DNA of 64,000 nt from the human T2T-CHM13v2.0 reference genome, Homo sapiens. Positions within the stretch are counted from its first letter, which is position 1, and every line of letters starts with the position of its first letter. The notes beneath the pieces were generated by a model that searched no databases, was not told the DNA's origin, and saw only the letters and a list, made by a program, of their open reading frames with translations. Below, piece by piece: positions 1-13,579 of the stretch. Where the stretch lies: NCBI RefSeq assembly GCF_009914755.1, contig NC_060945.1; one strand, 5' to 3'. The position numbers and the translations under genes are program-made.

Positions 1-889
1 CTAACCTGTCCCAATTTCAAATCAAAAGGTAACATGATTAATATACTCTAAAAATAGAGGTAGCTAAAGGCACTTTTAATAAGGCATCACGCATATAGGC
101 TACTTTTAAGTATAACCTACGATTAAGTCTCTGGATTTGCCCGCTGAAGGAAGCTGAAATTGAGAACCCCTCTTAACAGACGAAGAGCTGCCTGCTGCCT
201 CTCCATTTTCACTTTGCAACTCTTCAGCCTCCTTCAAAGCCTAGCTGTCACTCTGGCTTCAGAGCCATTTCTAGAACCTCTGGCTTCCACTTTTTGAGGG
301 CTGGAATCGTGACTTTCAGGTATCTTTTCCCCAGCCCCTAGCAGTTTGCTGACACACAGAAAGCCCTCAGGGAATGTTGATTTAATTAGTTAAAATTCAA
401 CTATTTCCCCCACCACCTGATCCAACCTTGTTTTTTTTTTTTTTTTTCTTTTCTAAATTTCACTCATCCTCTGTTCCGGCTGACAGACAGTAGTGTGGGC
501 CATCCACCCCCACTCCCAGGAAGAAAGCCCTTCCTTCCCTCTCCTACCCTCACCACTGCCTGAAGGCTTCTGAGCCTGCTTGGGAAGCTCAGCTATGGTC
601 TCCTGGTGACCAAGGAGTTTCCTGCATCCTGTTATCCCCTGCTGAGAACTTTGGTCAAGTCACCCTTGTGTGGGAGGCTCCCAAAGTGAAATAACTCTTA
701 GACCAACCTTGTAAAGAACCACGGTAGGGCTGCTCTGTTTTATAGCCATACCTTACCCCAGAGTTAGCACAGGGTCCTGTATTGACTAACCCTCCCCCAG
801 CCCCATCCTCATGCCTGGTTATGAATCCCAGGTTGGCTTCCTGCAAAACCAAGCCCCTTCCAAGTCGGGTTATAGTTTTCAGTGGTTGC

Positions 890-1290
890 TATCATGCATC
901 CACTCCTCAAATCTTTTTTAAGTGCCCCTTATAGGCCAGTTACTGTTCCAGGTACTGAAACTCAGCAGTGAATAAGACAAAGTCCTTGCCTTCATGGAGC
1001 TTGCATTTTGGTGGGAGATAAAAGCCAGAAATAACAGCTGTGTATTCTAGCTGTAACCTAAATCTCAGGAAATGTTACGTGCTGTAAATTCAAGATGTGT
1101 AAGAAGATAATGAGTGATGTGTGGTGGTGATTTTAGGGTGGTCTGGGATCCCCTCTCTGATGAGATGACCTTCAAGAAGAAACAGGATGGATGTGAAGGG
1201 GCAAATTTTACAAAGTTCTGGGGAAAAAGGTGATCTGGAGAGGGATCTGTAAGTGCAAAGATCCTGAGGTTAGAACAAACTTGACTTCCA
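890..1290 (-). mobile_element. L2 LINE 3' fragment
   Basis: Degenerate L2 3'-end sequence (cagcagtgaataagacaaagtccttgccttcatggagcttgcatt); boundaries approximate. Confidence 0.65.
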
Positions 1291-3024
1291 GCCCTTCACC
1301 ATGAAAAATGCCTCAATGATTGAATATAGCTTCTCTTTTTCCTATCCTGCAGAATGTGGAAGGAAAGTCACGGGAGCTGGGTCAAGGCAAAGGAAGACAA
1401 GATCAGAGGAAGCCTTCACCTGCTTGTTGGGCAGGTGGCCTCTGAAGCTGTGTGGGCCTGAGGCAGTCAGCCAGGCTGGCCAGACCAAGGCTTGTTGCTG
1501 CCATAGCTGGAGCTGTGTAGGGAAGGTGGGATGAGATGCCATGGGACTCCTGGTCACTCTGAGACAGGCTGTTCCCAATTGTCTCCATGACAGGCCCATG
1601 AAAACCAAGGCTGGCTATTCTGGACTTAGTGGGGTTGATGGGGATTGCAGGTGGTGTGTGTAACACAGGCAGCCTCACTACATGGTGCGTGTGATTTTGG
1701 GGTGCTGGTAACCCTTTCTGATTCCCCTCAGACACTTTCCTCTCTCTCTTCTTCTACTGCTCCCACATCATTCTCAGTAATTCCCTTTTCCCCTTCAGCC
1801 TCTCCATCATTCAAACCACAGGCTGAAGCTAATTGGCCCAGGAACAAAAAGAACACTACAAGAACAGATAGCAACATTCTTAGCTTTGACACCCCAGATA
1901 GTCTTGGAAGTCTGGGTTTTGGAATACAAGGGCCAGATGGATTTTTTTTAAGTTCTCCAAAGGTTGACTTTGGAACCAGGCACTAGACCTTGGAAAACTT
2001 AGAGCATAAAGATTTGGAAAGAAGATATGATGTTGTAACAGCAGTTTTCTCAACAAATAGAAGATAAGAATCCTACCATGGGGATGGGAGGAAGGTGGAT
2101 AAAATTTGGCAAGGAGAGAAGGATGTATGGGGCCCATGCCCAGCCATCTCCGTGAAGTTGGAGACCTGGTGGGGCAGGAGATACGAGCCCATGGGTGAGT
2201 TTGGGGATCACAACGCAGAAGAGATCTGCACCTCATTTGTTCATACGTGGCCCAGAGAGCTCGTAAACCAGTTAGTGAGCCCCACTCCTAGTACTGAAAG
2301 TTGGAGTGACAGGTGGGGTGTGCACCAGCAGAGGTGTGTGGTTTGGACAAGCAGCCAGGCCATGCTGCGGCCTAAGCAGCAGACAGAGCCGGGAGACTGA
2401 GGTCATCAAGGTATAACCTGAGGCCATCAAGTTACACCTCAGTGGAGTTCACAGAAGTTGAGACCTCAGGCCAGAAGCCTGCTTCCTCTCTCCACCTGAC
2501 ACCATAAGGCTATGTCAGCCTTCCCCAAACCCACTTGCTGTCTGCAAGAAGGAAGGTAGGAGATGCTGAGGGTGGGGCATCCTGAAACCTTGACCTGTGT
2601 GGGTGGTGGCTTCAAAATCAGATGTGAACCACACGTGACTGAGGGAACCTTAAACTGGCAAGTTGTTCTGCTACTCCCTAGATATGGGGGCTTGTGAGCT
2701 AAGTGGAGTTCAGGTCTAAAGAAACGAGGTTCTACCTCTGGATGTTTTGAGGTTTGTGTTTGTGAGATTCCTATCTGCAATCCCTCACAAATTGTCTCAA
2801 CAGGCAGAAGAGCCTATCATTTTATGATAAGAAACGAGCCTCAATGTTTGACAAGCAAGGAGCCCTCCAGAATCCCCATGCTGCATTCCTTGGTGCAGGC
2901 TTTAATAGGAGGAGGTGACGGCAGAAGAACAGGGTAAGAGGGGAGGGCTGGGCTGGGGAAAGGGGTGGGTGTGGTTCACCATTTTGCCCAGGGCCGGCTG
3001 ACCCTGAGAAGAAGGTTTTGGGTG

Positions 3025-3465
3025 GTGTTCCTAGAGGGCTGCCATGACAAAGTACTACAACCTGGGTGGCTTTAACAACAAACATTCATTCTTTCAGTTC
3101 TGGAGGCCAGAAGCCCCAAATCAAGGTGTCTGCAGGGCCACACTCCCTCTGAAGGCTCCAGGGAAGAATCCACTCCATGCCTTTGTCTGAGCTTCTCACT
3201 GGCCAGCAACCCTTGGCATTCCTTGATGTGTCTACAGACCCATCACTCCAATCTCTGCCACCATCTTCACATGGTCTTCCTCTCTCATGGCCATCCCATT
3301 GTCTCCTCTTTTAAGCACACCAGTCATACTGGATTAACATTCACCCTAATGACCTCATCTTAACTTGGTTACATCTGCACAAACCCTATTTCCAGGTAAA
3401 GCCACATGCATAGGTACCAGGCATTAGGCCTTGAGTATGTCTTTTTGAGGGACACAATTCAACTC
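3025..3465 (-). mobile_element. MaLR LTR, MLT1C-like
   Basis: gggctgccatgacaaagtactacaacctgggtggcttta...ttctggaggccagaag...aatcaaggtgtctgcagggccacactccctctgaaggctc matches the MLT1B/C pattern. Confidence 0.8.
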
Positions 3466-3554
3466 AGTGAGCTAGCCTGCACAAATTCATTTTTTTTCTT
3501 CCTATTTCTGGATGCTGGGTTTAGATAAATCAGCCTGAAAAATTTATATACTTC

Positions 3555-3927
3555 CATATTAGTCTTCTCATATTGCTAATAAAGACATACCCGAAACTGG
3601 GTAATTTATAAAGGAAAGAGCTTTAATTGACTCACAGTTCAGCATGGCTGAGGAGGCCTCAGAAAACTTACAATTATAGCAGAAGAGGAAGCAAGCACAT
3701 CCTTCTTCACACGGCAACAGGAGGGAGAAGTGCCAAGCAAAGGGGGAAAAGCCCCTTATAAAACCATCAGATCTCATGAGAACTCCCTCACTATCATGAG
3801 AATAGCATGATGGTAACTGCCCCCATGATTCAATTACTTCCCACCAGGTCCCTCCCATGACTAGTGGGGATTACGGGGACTACAATTCGAGGTGAGATTT
3901 GGGTGGGAACACAGCCAAATCACATCA
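3555..3927 (-). mobile_element. THE1 (THE1C-like) solo LTR
   Basis: Full-length THE1 LTR sequence; 5-bp TSD ACTTC at 3550-3554 and 3928-3932. Confidence 0.9.
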
Positions 3928-4737
3928 ACTTCTCAAAAGAGTTTTACAGTCAATTCACATTTCTAAGTAAAAGAGCTTAAGACCTATTTTAACCTACGAC
4001 ATAAAAGACTTCTGCTTTCGTGGCCTCCTGTTGCCCTGGAAGACACTCCTGCAAGAAGGCTGACCTGCCTTCAGCTGCATGTCTGTACAGCAAACCCACT
4101 CAAGGTTTGACACAAACCTTCTATGTGTGAAACACATGCTGAGATTTCTGATTTCTGAGAGTTGAAAAGAACCATGCAATTGTAAATCATGTACAAAGGA
4201 ATAAAACATGGCGGCTCTGTGTGTCAAAAGGTTTTCCCCTGCAAGTCCCACAGACATGGGGAGTGCATCACATCGGTACAATTCAGGAGAACACTGCCTC
4301 TGACTCTGCCCGCCTCCCCCGCATCCAAGCAAGCAGCCAACAAACAAAACAAGCCCCAGTGAAGCTGTAGCCTACTGTGGGTTTCCAAAAACCTTTACAG
4401 AATCGAATCTGGCAAGATGGCACATGGGGGCAACCTTAATAAAAATCTTTCCTGTAAAATATTGCGCATTGAAAGTCAGGTTATAAATTCTGGAAATTTC
4501 TCCCTAAAGTTAAACACAAGGGATCCTGAGGGTTTACTCTGATCTCCTGAATCTAACTGTACGATGCTCACCTACCTATCTCAGAAAGGTGAGTGACAGA
4601 AGGACTGGGAAGCAGGGAAGGCATAGGGGACGGGCTTTCCTCCTTGCTTTCATAGGATACTTTCACAGGTGGGCCTCTCAGCTGTGTGCTGGATGGATGA
4701 AAGGTGAGCAGGTTTTGCAAAGGCAGGTTAGGGGAAC

Positions 4738-4880
4738 CACACACAGACACACACAGGCAAAGACACACACACAGAGACAGGTACAGACACACATAAACAT
4801 GCACACATAGACACAGAGACAGATACGAACACAGACACGCATAGACAAACACACAGGCACACATGCACGGACACAGGCAT
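4738..4880. repeat. Degenerate (CA)-rich microsatellite (UG-rich in the KCNJ6 pre-mRNA)
   Basis: acacagacacacacaggcaaagacacacacacagagacag... directly visible. Confidence 0.9.
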
Positions 4881-5577
4881 GTACACTCTGCACTGTACAC
4901 GATGTCATTTTAGGTGTAGTGAGAATAATTTTATATAGAGATCAAAATTTTGCCTCATATCTATGAATGGTTCCGACTAGCTAGAAAACCATGGATGATT
5001 AAGCACTGCTTAGAAATGTGTCCCTAAAATCTACAAAGTTAAAAAAATCCCTTAATATGTATTTTAATTTGTGTAACAGGGGATTTATGAATTGAGTACT
5101 TGTAGGCTGTTTGGGTGAGAACATTTCCAGGCTTTCTTAGACCCAGCTGAACCTAGGAAGACCCTAGGGGGCCCAGGTTGCAAGTGTTTGAACTACCAGA
5201 TACCAAGCCCTCTCAGTGACCCCCTCATATATAAATTTTAAAGGCTTGAATATCCAAGTGCCAAAGTCGATCATTTGAGATAAGGGCCTCAGCTCTGCAT
5301 TTCACTCTTTCTTCTTGCAGCTGCTGTTCCTGTTGGAGGTAGCAAGGACATTGGTGCTGATGCTGGCGGCAGTTGTGGTGGTGCTGGGCTGGGTGTGGGT
5401 TGATGGTCTCAAGTGTGGGATGGGGAAGGGGTGTGGGATGGTGGGGGTGGAGACACGCATCACATGACTCTCAGATGATTCTTGGCAATAAGAAGACAAA
5501 GATTTTCATGTTGGGAGCTTAAACACTGAAGAATTTGCAGGTATCTTTTTAAAGCATTCTTGTGATTCTTCTTTAAA

Positions 5578-5742
5578 TCAATGGTTCTCAACCCTGGCTG
5601 CCTGCTACAACCATGTGGGAGCTTTTGAAACATACCAGTGCAGAGACTGTTCCCCATTGTAATTCTGATTTAATCAGTCTAGGGTTTTAGAGTGAGGAGC
5701 TCTTCAGGAGATGCAAATGTGCAGACAGGGCGTTGAATCATT
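5578..5742. mobile_element. MER5-family hAT-Charlie MITE
   Basis: caatggttctcaaccctggctg...aattctgatttaatcagtctaggg...atgcaaatgtgcag, MER5A/B-like. Confidence 0.65.
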
Positions 5743-6278
5743 TCAGGTCAAATGGGGCATCCCAATACAGCAGTAAGAGTGAGAGGGAGCCCTGGGCACA
5801 GCCATTTCTTCTGCAGGAACAGCACTGATGTGGTCCTGGCTGATCGTAAAGTCACCTACCTCAGTTTTTAATAGTTATTACAAAATATTTCAAGCATTCA
5901 GGAAATTATATGGAATTTCTATGCTCTGACCTCCAGGTTTAATGACTGTTAGTATCTGGCTATATTTCTTGTTTATTAGTTTAGAAAATACAGCTGTAAA
6001 AAAATCTGGTGGCTCTGACTGGGTTGGGAAATTTGGGATACCTTTGGGCAAAATGTATTGAGAAGACAGGCTGCTCACTTAGGTCCCTGCTGGGTCATTT
6101 GCACTTTAGTATAAGTGAGGCAACAGGGTGAAGGCAATGGTAGAGACTTAAGGTTGGGCAAAGATGGGGAGGCAAGTTGGGAAAAGGGGTGCAGAATGGG
6201 CATAGGGCTTAGGATGTCTATGGCAACCCCAGGTTGTCCACTGTTGACCCTGGCAATGAGGTAAAATCTTTTCACTGA

Positions 6279-6662
<384 letters not shown>

Positions 6663-6707
6663 GGTTTCTTTCATAGTCTTATGTTACATTCCTGGGTACC
6701 CTTTTGA

Positions 6708-7014
<307 letters not shown>

Positions 7015-7724
7015 TGTTCCCCCTATTTTCTAGGGAAATGTTGACTTCTTTGGTCCATACCTTCTTGCAACAGCACTCGGCTCCAGCACTGTGTGTATAA
7101 ATGGCAGCCTGTGCCCTCTCTCACCTACGGCTGGAGAAGCCTTTTTTTTTTTTTTTCCTGTGCCTTTCCTTATTTGGAGTTGATGCTTTTTGACATTTCT
7201 GTCCAACAAATACTACCTTGGGTTCTGGATTATATTCCTACGGAAGCAGCTGACATTTCTTTGATCCTTCCATTTGAAAATATTTATTTTAAAAAGATTG
7301 AGAAAGGTAGAATTGACTTCTAAAATACTTCAATAAATAACCACTTTCAAGTTGCCATGATTCACTTTGGCAGAGAGATGCTATAGACAGATAACCCAGA
7401 GCAATGTCAAAAATAGACACAAACGAACCCTGCTCAATTCTGGCCTCTTCCTTTCTCTTTCTTTTCACTGATTCTATTCAACATCCTGCCTTCTGCAATC
7501 TTAACATGATCTGTTAAATTATGGTATAATCAAAACCCTGTCACCCTCCATCACTTATAACTTCAGGAAGCCTTATAATTCTTGCTTAACCATTCAACAA
7601 AACAAACATATCAGGGGATGGTCTAGCAAGCTTAGTTCTAGAAGCTTATTTATCCTTCTTTGATATCTGTCTAAACTCATACAAAGGAACACAAGTCACT
7701 TAGCAGATATGTGGAAGTTAGGTA

Positions 7725-7866
7725 CAGCCTTGCAACATCACAATCACCAGGGAGCTTGCTGGAAAATGCAGAATCCCAGGCCCCACCCCCGATCTACTGA
7801 ACCAGGATCTGCATTTTAACAAGAGCCCCAGATAACTGCTGTGCACATTGAGGTTTGAGAAACACT
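7725..7866. mobile_element. MER5A1-like DNA transposon
   Basis: atcaccagggagcttgctggaaaatgcagaatcccaggccccaccc...atctgcattttaacaag...gtttgagaaacact. Confidence 0.75.
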
Positions 7867-7892
7867 AACTTACAGCATAAAAATCAACACTT

Positions 7893-8190
7893 GGCTGGGT
7901 GTGGTGGCTCACGCCTGTAATCCCAGCACTTTGGGAGGCCGAGGCAGGTGAATCACAAGGTGAGGAGTTCAAGACCAGCCTGGCCAAGATAGTGAAACCC
8001 TGTCTCTACTAAAAATACAAAAAAATTAGCTGGGTATGGTGGTGGGTGCCTGTAATCCCAGCTACTTGGGAGGCTGAGGCAGAGAACTGCTTGAACCCGG
8101 GAGGCGGAGGTTGCAATGAGCTGAGTTCGTGCCACTGCACTCCAGCCTGGGCGACAGTGAGATTCCATCTCAAAAAAAAGAAAAAAAAAA
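7893..8190 (+). mobile_element. AluS (Sg-like)
   Basis: Full dimer with A tail; TSD AAAAATCAACA(C/T)T. Confidence 0.95.
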
Positions 8191-8449
8191 TCAACATTGT
8201 ACCACTCAGCTCCCTCATGCAGCATTAACTTACCTGCCTAGAAAATGTGGCTTTACTACTTTTGACGCTGCTTTTAGGTCCCCTCTAGGTGAGGCAGTTT
8301 TAGGGAAAAAAAGCACCAATGATACAAGCATTTTCTTCAAATTTCTTTTGTTAATGTGAGAGTGATAATTACAGTCTCACCAGTTTTTTTTTAAAGAATC
8401 TAGAGATGTCCACTTTATTTTAAAATTATGTTCACAGTGTCATATTTTC

Positions 8450-8581
8450 TATTTTCCTCTTCTTCAGAGATGGGATCTTGCTATGTTGCCCAGATTGGTC
8501 TCAAACTCCTAGGTTCAAATGATCCTCTGGCTTCAGCCTCCTGAGTAGCTGACATTACAGATGCAAGTCATTGTGCCCAGC
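8450..8581 (-). mobile_element. FLAM_A-like Alu monomer
   Basis: agagatgggatcttgctatgttgcccagattggtctcaaactcctaggttcaaatgatcc...gtagctgacattacag. Confidence 0.8.
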
Positions 8582-9436
8582 TCCATATTTTCCATTTTCT
8601 AACTAAAATGACATATGCTAAGCAGGGGAGAGAAATACACAGAACTTCCAAGCTATAGCAGTTCAGCTTCTTTCTAAAACCCAAATAATAGCCCTGGGAT
8701 TTAGAGATGAGCAGGAGAAGGGCTTTTCTTAAGGATTCAGGAGGCAACACGGCTTTGTCCTTAAAGACCTTAATGATCATGCCTTATCTTGCCAACTTTA
8801 GCTGCCTAGAAATGTGAAGGGCTTAGAAACAGCCAGGGCTGAGTGGGGTGCAGCTAGCTTCAATATGACCCCATTAGTAGCACCTTTGGAGGTGTCTGCT
8901 CCTAGTGGGAGAAGTATGACCAGACTTTTGAATAGAACCAGCTTTGTTTCTGGCTGAAGATGACATCCTTGCTTTAGTAAATCCTCCTCTCCATGATCCA
9001 ACATTTCTCTCCTTGACCCATCCCCATTTCTAGCTACCTTCACTGACCCCATAGAGGTCATTCTTTGGAAGCACCTGAAATAAAAGATGCACAGCCCTTT
9101 CCTCCTCTGTCCCTCCCACCTGGTGAAAGAGGCAGACTTTCCCATTAACCTGCCCTCAGGGTGAAGTACATTGTCCTGATTACTTCAGTAAAGAGGAACA
9201 TTGGAATGAAGGTACCCCAATCAGGGAGGCTGTGTGATGAAGACAAAGGGCTTCAGAGCCATCTCCCTCCCTCTCCTGCCCTGACAGTGGTGCCCCATTC
9301 CCCATTTTTAAAAGTTGGAAATCTGAGGCAAAGCCTTATTGTAAAATGTTGCAGTTTCTCAGGTATTCCCAGGGTGAAATCTCACCCCTAAAATCAGAAA
9401 CTTTCTCACAAGTCTGATAAATGCCTGCAGGCTCAT

Positions 9437-9857
9437 TGTATTACGCCGTTCTTGGACTGCTATAAAGAAATGCCTGAGACTGGGTACTTTATAAAGAAAA
9501 GAGTTTTAAGGGGCTCACGGTTCTGCAGGCTGCACAGGAAGAATGATGCTGGCATTTGCGGCCTCTGGGGAGGCCTCAGGAAACTTACAATCATGTCGGA
9601 AGGAAGAGGTGAGAAGCAGGCACGTCACATGACAAGAGCAGGAGGAAGAGACAGAGGGGGAGGTGCCACACACCTTTAAACAACCCGATCTCGTAAGAAC
9701 TCACTCACTATGGCGAGGATAGTGCATGGATGGTGTTAAACAACTTATGAGAAATTCGTCTCCATAATCCTATCACCTCCTTCCAGGCCCCAACTCCATT
9801 ATTAGGATTACAACTCAACATGAGATCTGGGCAGGGACAGAGACCTAAACTGTATCA
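9437..9857 (-). mobile_element. MSTA-like MaLR solo LTR
   Basis: tgtatta...actgtatca termini, MST body; TSD CTCAT/CCCAT. Confidence 0.85.
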
Positions 9858-11844
9858 CCCATGCTAACTGCTGAGGCTTCTGAAGCCCTTCGTAGGGTGC
9901 CAGAAGCCACCTGTCTGGTCATCGTGCACACACCTGTTTCCACCTGAGATGACCAGGCTGATGTGGGGCTGACTGCTTCTCACCTGCCTGGCATGGGGTT
10001 CGGCTGTGTCTTTGCTAGTGGTGCCTGGAACATTACGGGCACGGAACATGCATTTTCTTGTGGGCCGTGAAGGTGCAGAGGCCACTTTTCTTGGGTCTCC
10101 AGGTGAACCTTGGGACTGTGTTACCACTAGGAGGGCAGAGCTGTCACCCCCGATTCCTGGGGGAGACTCAAGGGTGGCACGTGGGCTTGGGGATGAACAA
10201 ACTCATGGAAGCCTTGTAGGAACACTCAGGGTTTCTCTGGCAGGAGCCAGTGTCTGTCAGAGGAAGAGACAAGCTGACAGCCTTTGACAGAGAAGACACC
10301 CGGGCCCCAGAGGCAGCGGAGGACCCCAGGCTGACAGACACACCTCCACCAAAAACAGAGGCAAGCTGACAGTGCCTGGAGCTCACGGTTTGCTTCAGAA
10401 AAGGCACCTGAGCTTCAAAAAGGAAAAGAAGAAATGAGTGCCCACAGCCAGGCTGCTGGGAATTCATCCAGGAGCTGTGGCACTGCTGGGGAGGGCCAGA
10501 AGCCGGGGCTCCTGCCAGAGCCAGGAGGGCAGCTGGTAGCTGGTTCGTGTGGGAGGCTGAGCTTTGCCTGTAGGAACAAACACTGTGGCTGCTCTTGCTA
10601 AGGTATTTAAACAGCATCTCAATGCTGGGCTGACAGTTTTTGGGTATAACTGGGTTCTCTCCATTCTACAAGGCCACTTTGGCTTCTAAGAAGGCAGCTC
10701 TAAAAAGAAGTCCCCTCTCCTATTACCTTACAGAACCCCCATTGGTGCGTGGACTCCTCCCCTTGCTTAGTGTGGGAGCCCCACCCAAGGTGCAGCCCAG
10801 CAGGGAGACAGAACAGTGTTGTTCAGTCCTGGCTGGAAGGTGTGTGCACAGTGACCCCCGATGACAGCCAAATCCATCCAGGTACAGCAATGGCAATGAG
10901 CAGAGGGAGCCTCAGCCCAAAGCTTCCCATGCTGGGAGAAATGACCCACCACACAACACTTTCTTTCTAGAAGCAAAGTTGTCTGTTCCACTGCCTTGTC
11001 TAAAATCTTGCTTTAGCTGCTGACTGGCTCTGAGAGGCCACCTATGGTCCTGATCCTGGTGCTCTCCGTGCCCTGTGGCCTGTCCCCATTTCCCCAAAGC
11101 AGACCTTTCTTCACACTCTCTCCCTGGGATTGTACTCCATTGTCACACTGCCCTCTAGTCCCTCACTTTTCTAAGCCTCTGTCCCCAGGGCTACCTCGGA
11201 TTTCCTGCATCCATCAGGGAAGTCTCTGCCTTTGAAGTCCTGGCTCAACCAGGGGTCCGTGCAGACTGGACAATCGCATGTGTCCATCTCAGGGACAGGC
11301 TTATCATCACAGCCATTGTATTCTGTACCACCTGTTAGTATAAAAAGTCTTTTGCATCTGTTTTCCCAAAGTTGCCACAGCACTTAAGACCCAGTGGGAT
11401 CCAACCCCTATTTGCTACGGGAGTAAAAATTAAGTGAGATGGGAAATCACTCCTGAGTTGGAGATCATGAGAAAGAAGAAGGGAAGATTCCTATTAAATG
11501 ACTGTTATTCAAGTGAACCTTGGACATTGGGCTGTGTGTGCTCACTACTGTGGGTTCTCCATGTTGACCGCCCTTTAAAACCATCTGGGAGGCTCGATGA
11601 AGTATCCGTGTGGGAAGGGGAAGGCAGAGCGTGATGGGGGCCACCACACATGGTGTGTCTGAGCAGCTTTGGTTGCTGACGCTAGCCTGGCATCTGTGGA
11701 ATCTGATTTGTACATTTGAGTGGCCATGAAATGGGCTCTAGTGCCCTTACCGGTCATGGAAAGTTCTATTCCAGGTAGGCCACTGCAGAGTGTCTGTCAA
11801 GGATTGTTCCCATTGGATTTCATTTCTTTTAAATTTCAAAAATG

Positions 11845-12131
11845 CCAGTATTGGGAGGCCAAGGTGGCTAGATCACGAGGTCAGGAGATCGAGACCAGCC
11901 TGGCTAACATGGTGACATCCCATCTCTACTAAAAATACAAAATTAGCCAGGCATGGTGGCACATGCCTATAGTCCTAGCTATCTGGGAGGCTGAGGCAGA
12001 AGAATAGCTAGAACCCAGGAGGCGAAGGTTGCAGTGAGCCAAGATCACGCTACTGGACTCCAGCCTGGCTGACAGAGCAAAGACTCCATCTCAAAAGAAA
12101 AAAAAAAAAAAGAAAAAAAGAAAAAGAAAAA
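11845..12131 (+). mobile_element. AluS (Sc-like), 5'-truncated
   Basis: Alu body starting at ttgggaggccaagg, ending in a long A-rich tail. Confidence 0.9.
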
Positions 12132-13179
12132 GTCAATAATGTGTTACTGTTCTATTATTGCCCTAGAAAGGCTGTAGGTGGTGGGTGGAGTTGCAGACCA
12201 GGCTCCACAGATGTTATGCATCCTGGGCAATAAGACATCTTCCCTTTCAGCCTCAGTATTTCCATCTGCAGGTAATATCAAAGCACTGGATACAGAGGTA
12301 TTAGAAGAACTGAATTGTTATAATATTTGTGAAATTGTACTTTTTAAAAGGGAGGCATAGCCAGGGAAAAACATTTCCTTTTTCATTAGTTTAGGTGTAA
12401 TTTACAGTTGTTTATGATGATGACCCTCTCTTTGCTATATTTCTTTGTTGAAGCTTTGAATACAGAAAAAAGTTTTAAATATCCTGCTTTAACAAGAAAA
12501 TATTATCCAATGTTTTAAAATAAGAAAGGTTAAAAAGAACTTACATAGTAAAAATGCAAATATTTCCCTCCTTCTGTTAAGAAGTAAAGGCTTTCAACCC
12601 TTTAATAAGTATACTTTTCTCAAGTTTTCAGGGGGCAAAACAGCTAAGAAAGGGAGAGACGGCTCCGTCTGTTGAGAAATGTGATTTTGAGTTTCTCCTG
12701 GGTAAAGGTGGAAGAACAGTGAGAGGAAGAGATTTTTGTCTTTTGTGTATAATCTCGGTAGAAATCATGACATCGCTTTAATGATATTCTTGCACATGTG
12801 AAACTAATAATAGTTTGTGAGCCCAGAGGGAAAAACCAGTTTTGCCCTGAAATACAGCCAAGTTGGACTAGAAAAGCGATTGTTAAGGAAACTGTCCTTA
12901 GCTGGATTGTCCTCTTCTCGTTCTCTCTCACTCCCCCTCACTCTGCTTCTTTCTCTCTCTTTCTCCAGCTCTCTTGTCTCACCCTCAAGTCTAAAAATTA
13001 TAACAGCATTTCAAGAAGCTAATACACTACCACACTTTTGCTGACACTCTTAAAATCTCTTGTAAAGAACACACCTTGGACCCTCACAGCCAGTGAATGT
13101 TAATTGAAGAGTGGACCTTGGTAGTGTCTGGGAGAATGCTGAAAAAGACCAGAGGTGGGAAGAGTTCAAGGCCAGATGT

Positions 13180-13400
13180 CCAAAATGCAGGGCCAGAGTC
13201 TCCTGACCCTGATCACAAATCCTAGCTACCTGGTACAACCTAACCTTGTGAACTTGGCTTCCAGTTCCCTACCTACAAAATGGGAAAACAGTAAGTTCCC
13301 TTCCTTCCTGGGCGCTTGTGAGAACCAACTGGCTTAATGACTGGGACATTATTGCTGAAAGCTAGTAGCATATGAGTTCCACTATGCAAAGGTGTTTGCT
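13180..13400 (+). mobile_element. MIR fragment
   Basis: caaatcctagct...ccagttccctacctacaaaatgggaaaacagtaag...gcgcttgtgaga, MIR core-like. Confidence 0.55.
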
Positions 13401-13579
13401 TGGTGTCTGATGTTAATTCCTCCTTTACAACTCGCCCAGTTCGTGTGGCTGGGAGGCTCAGGTTGGGCACAGGTTCTGGCAGCTGAGAATGACCTGTCCA
13501 GCTTCTTTGAATGTTTTCATGTCAAATCAGATTGCTTCTGTGGTCAATGGATGAGGGATTACAGATTGTTCTTTCACTA

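Noticed and set aside
2397-2438. 21-bp imperfect tandem duplication with an AGGTCA half-site
   Set aside because: Short and diverged, with no complete nuclear-receptor element.
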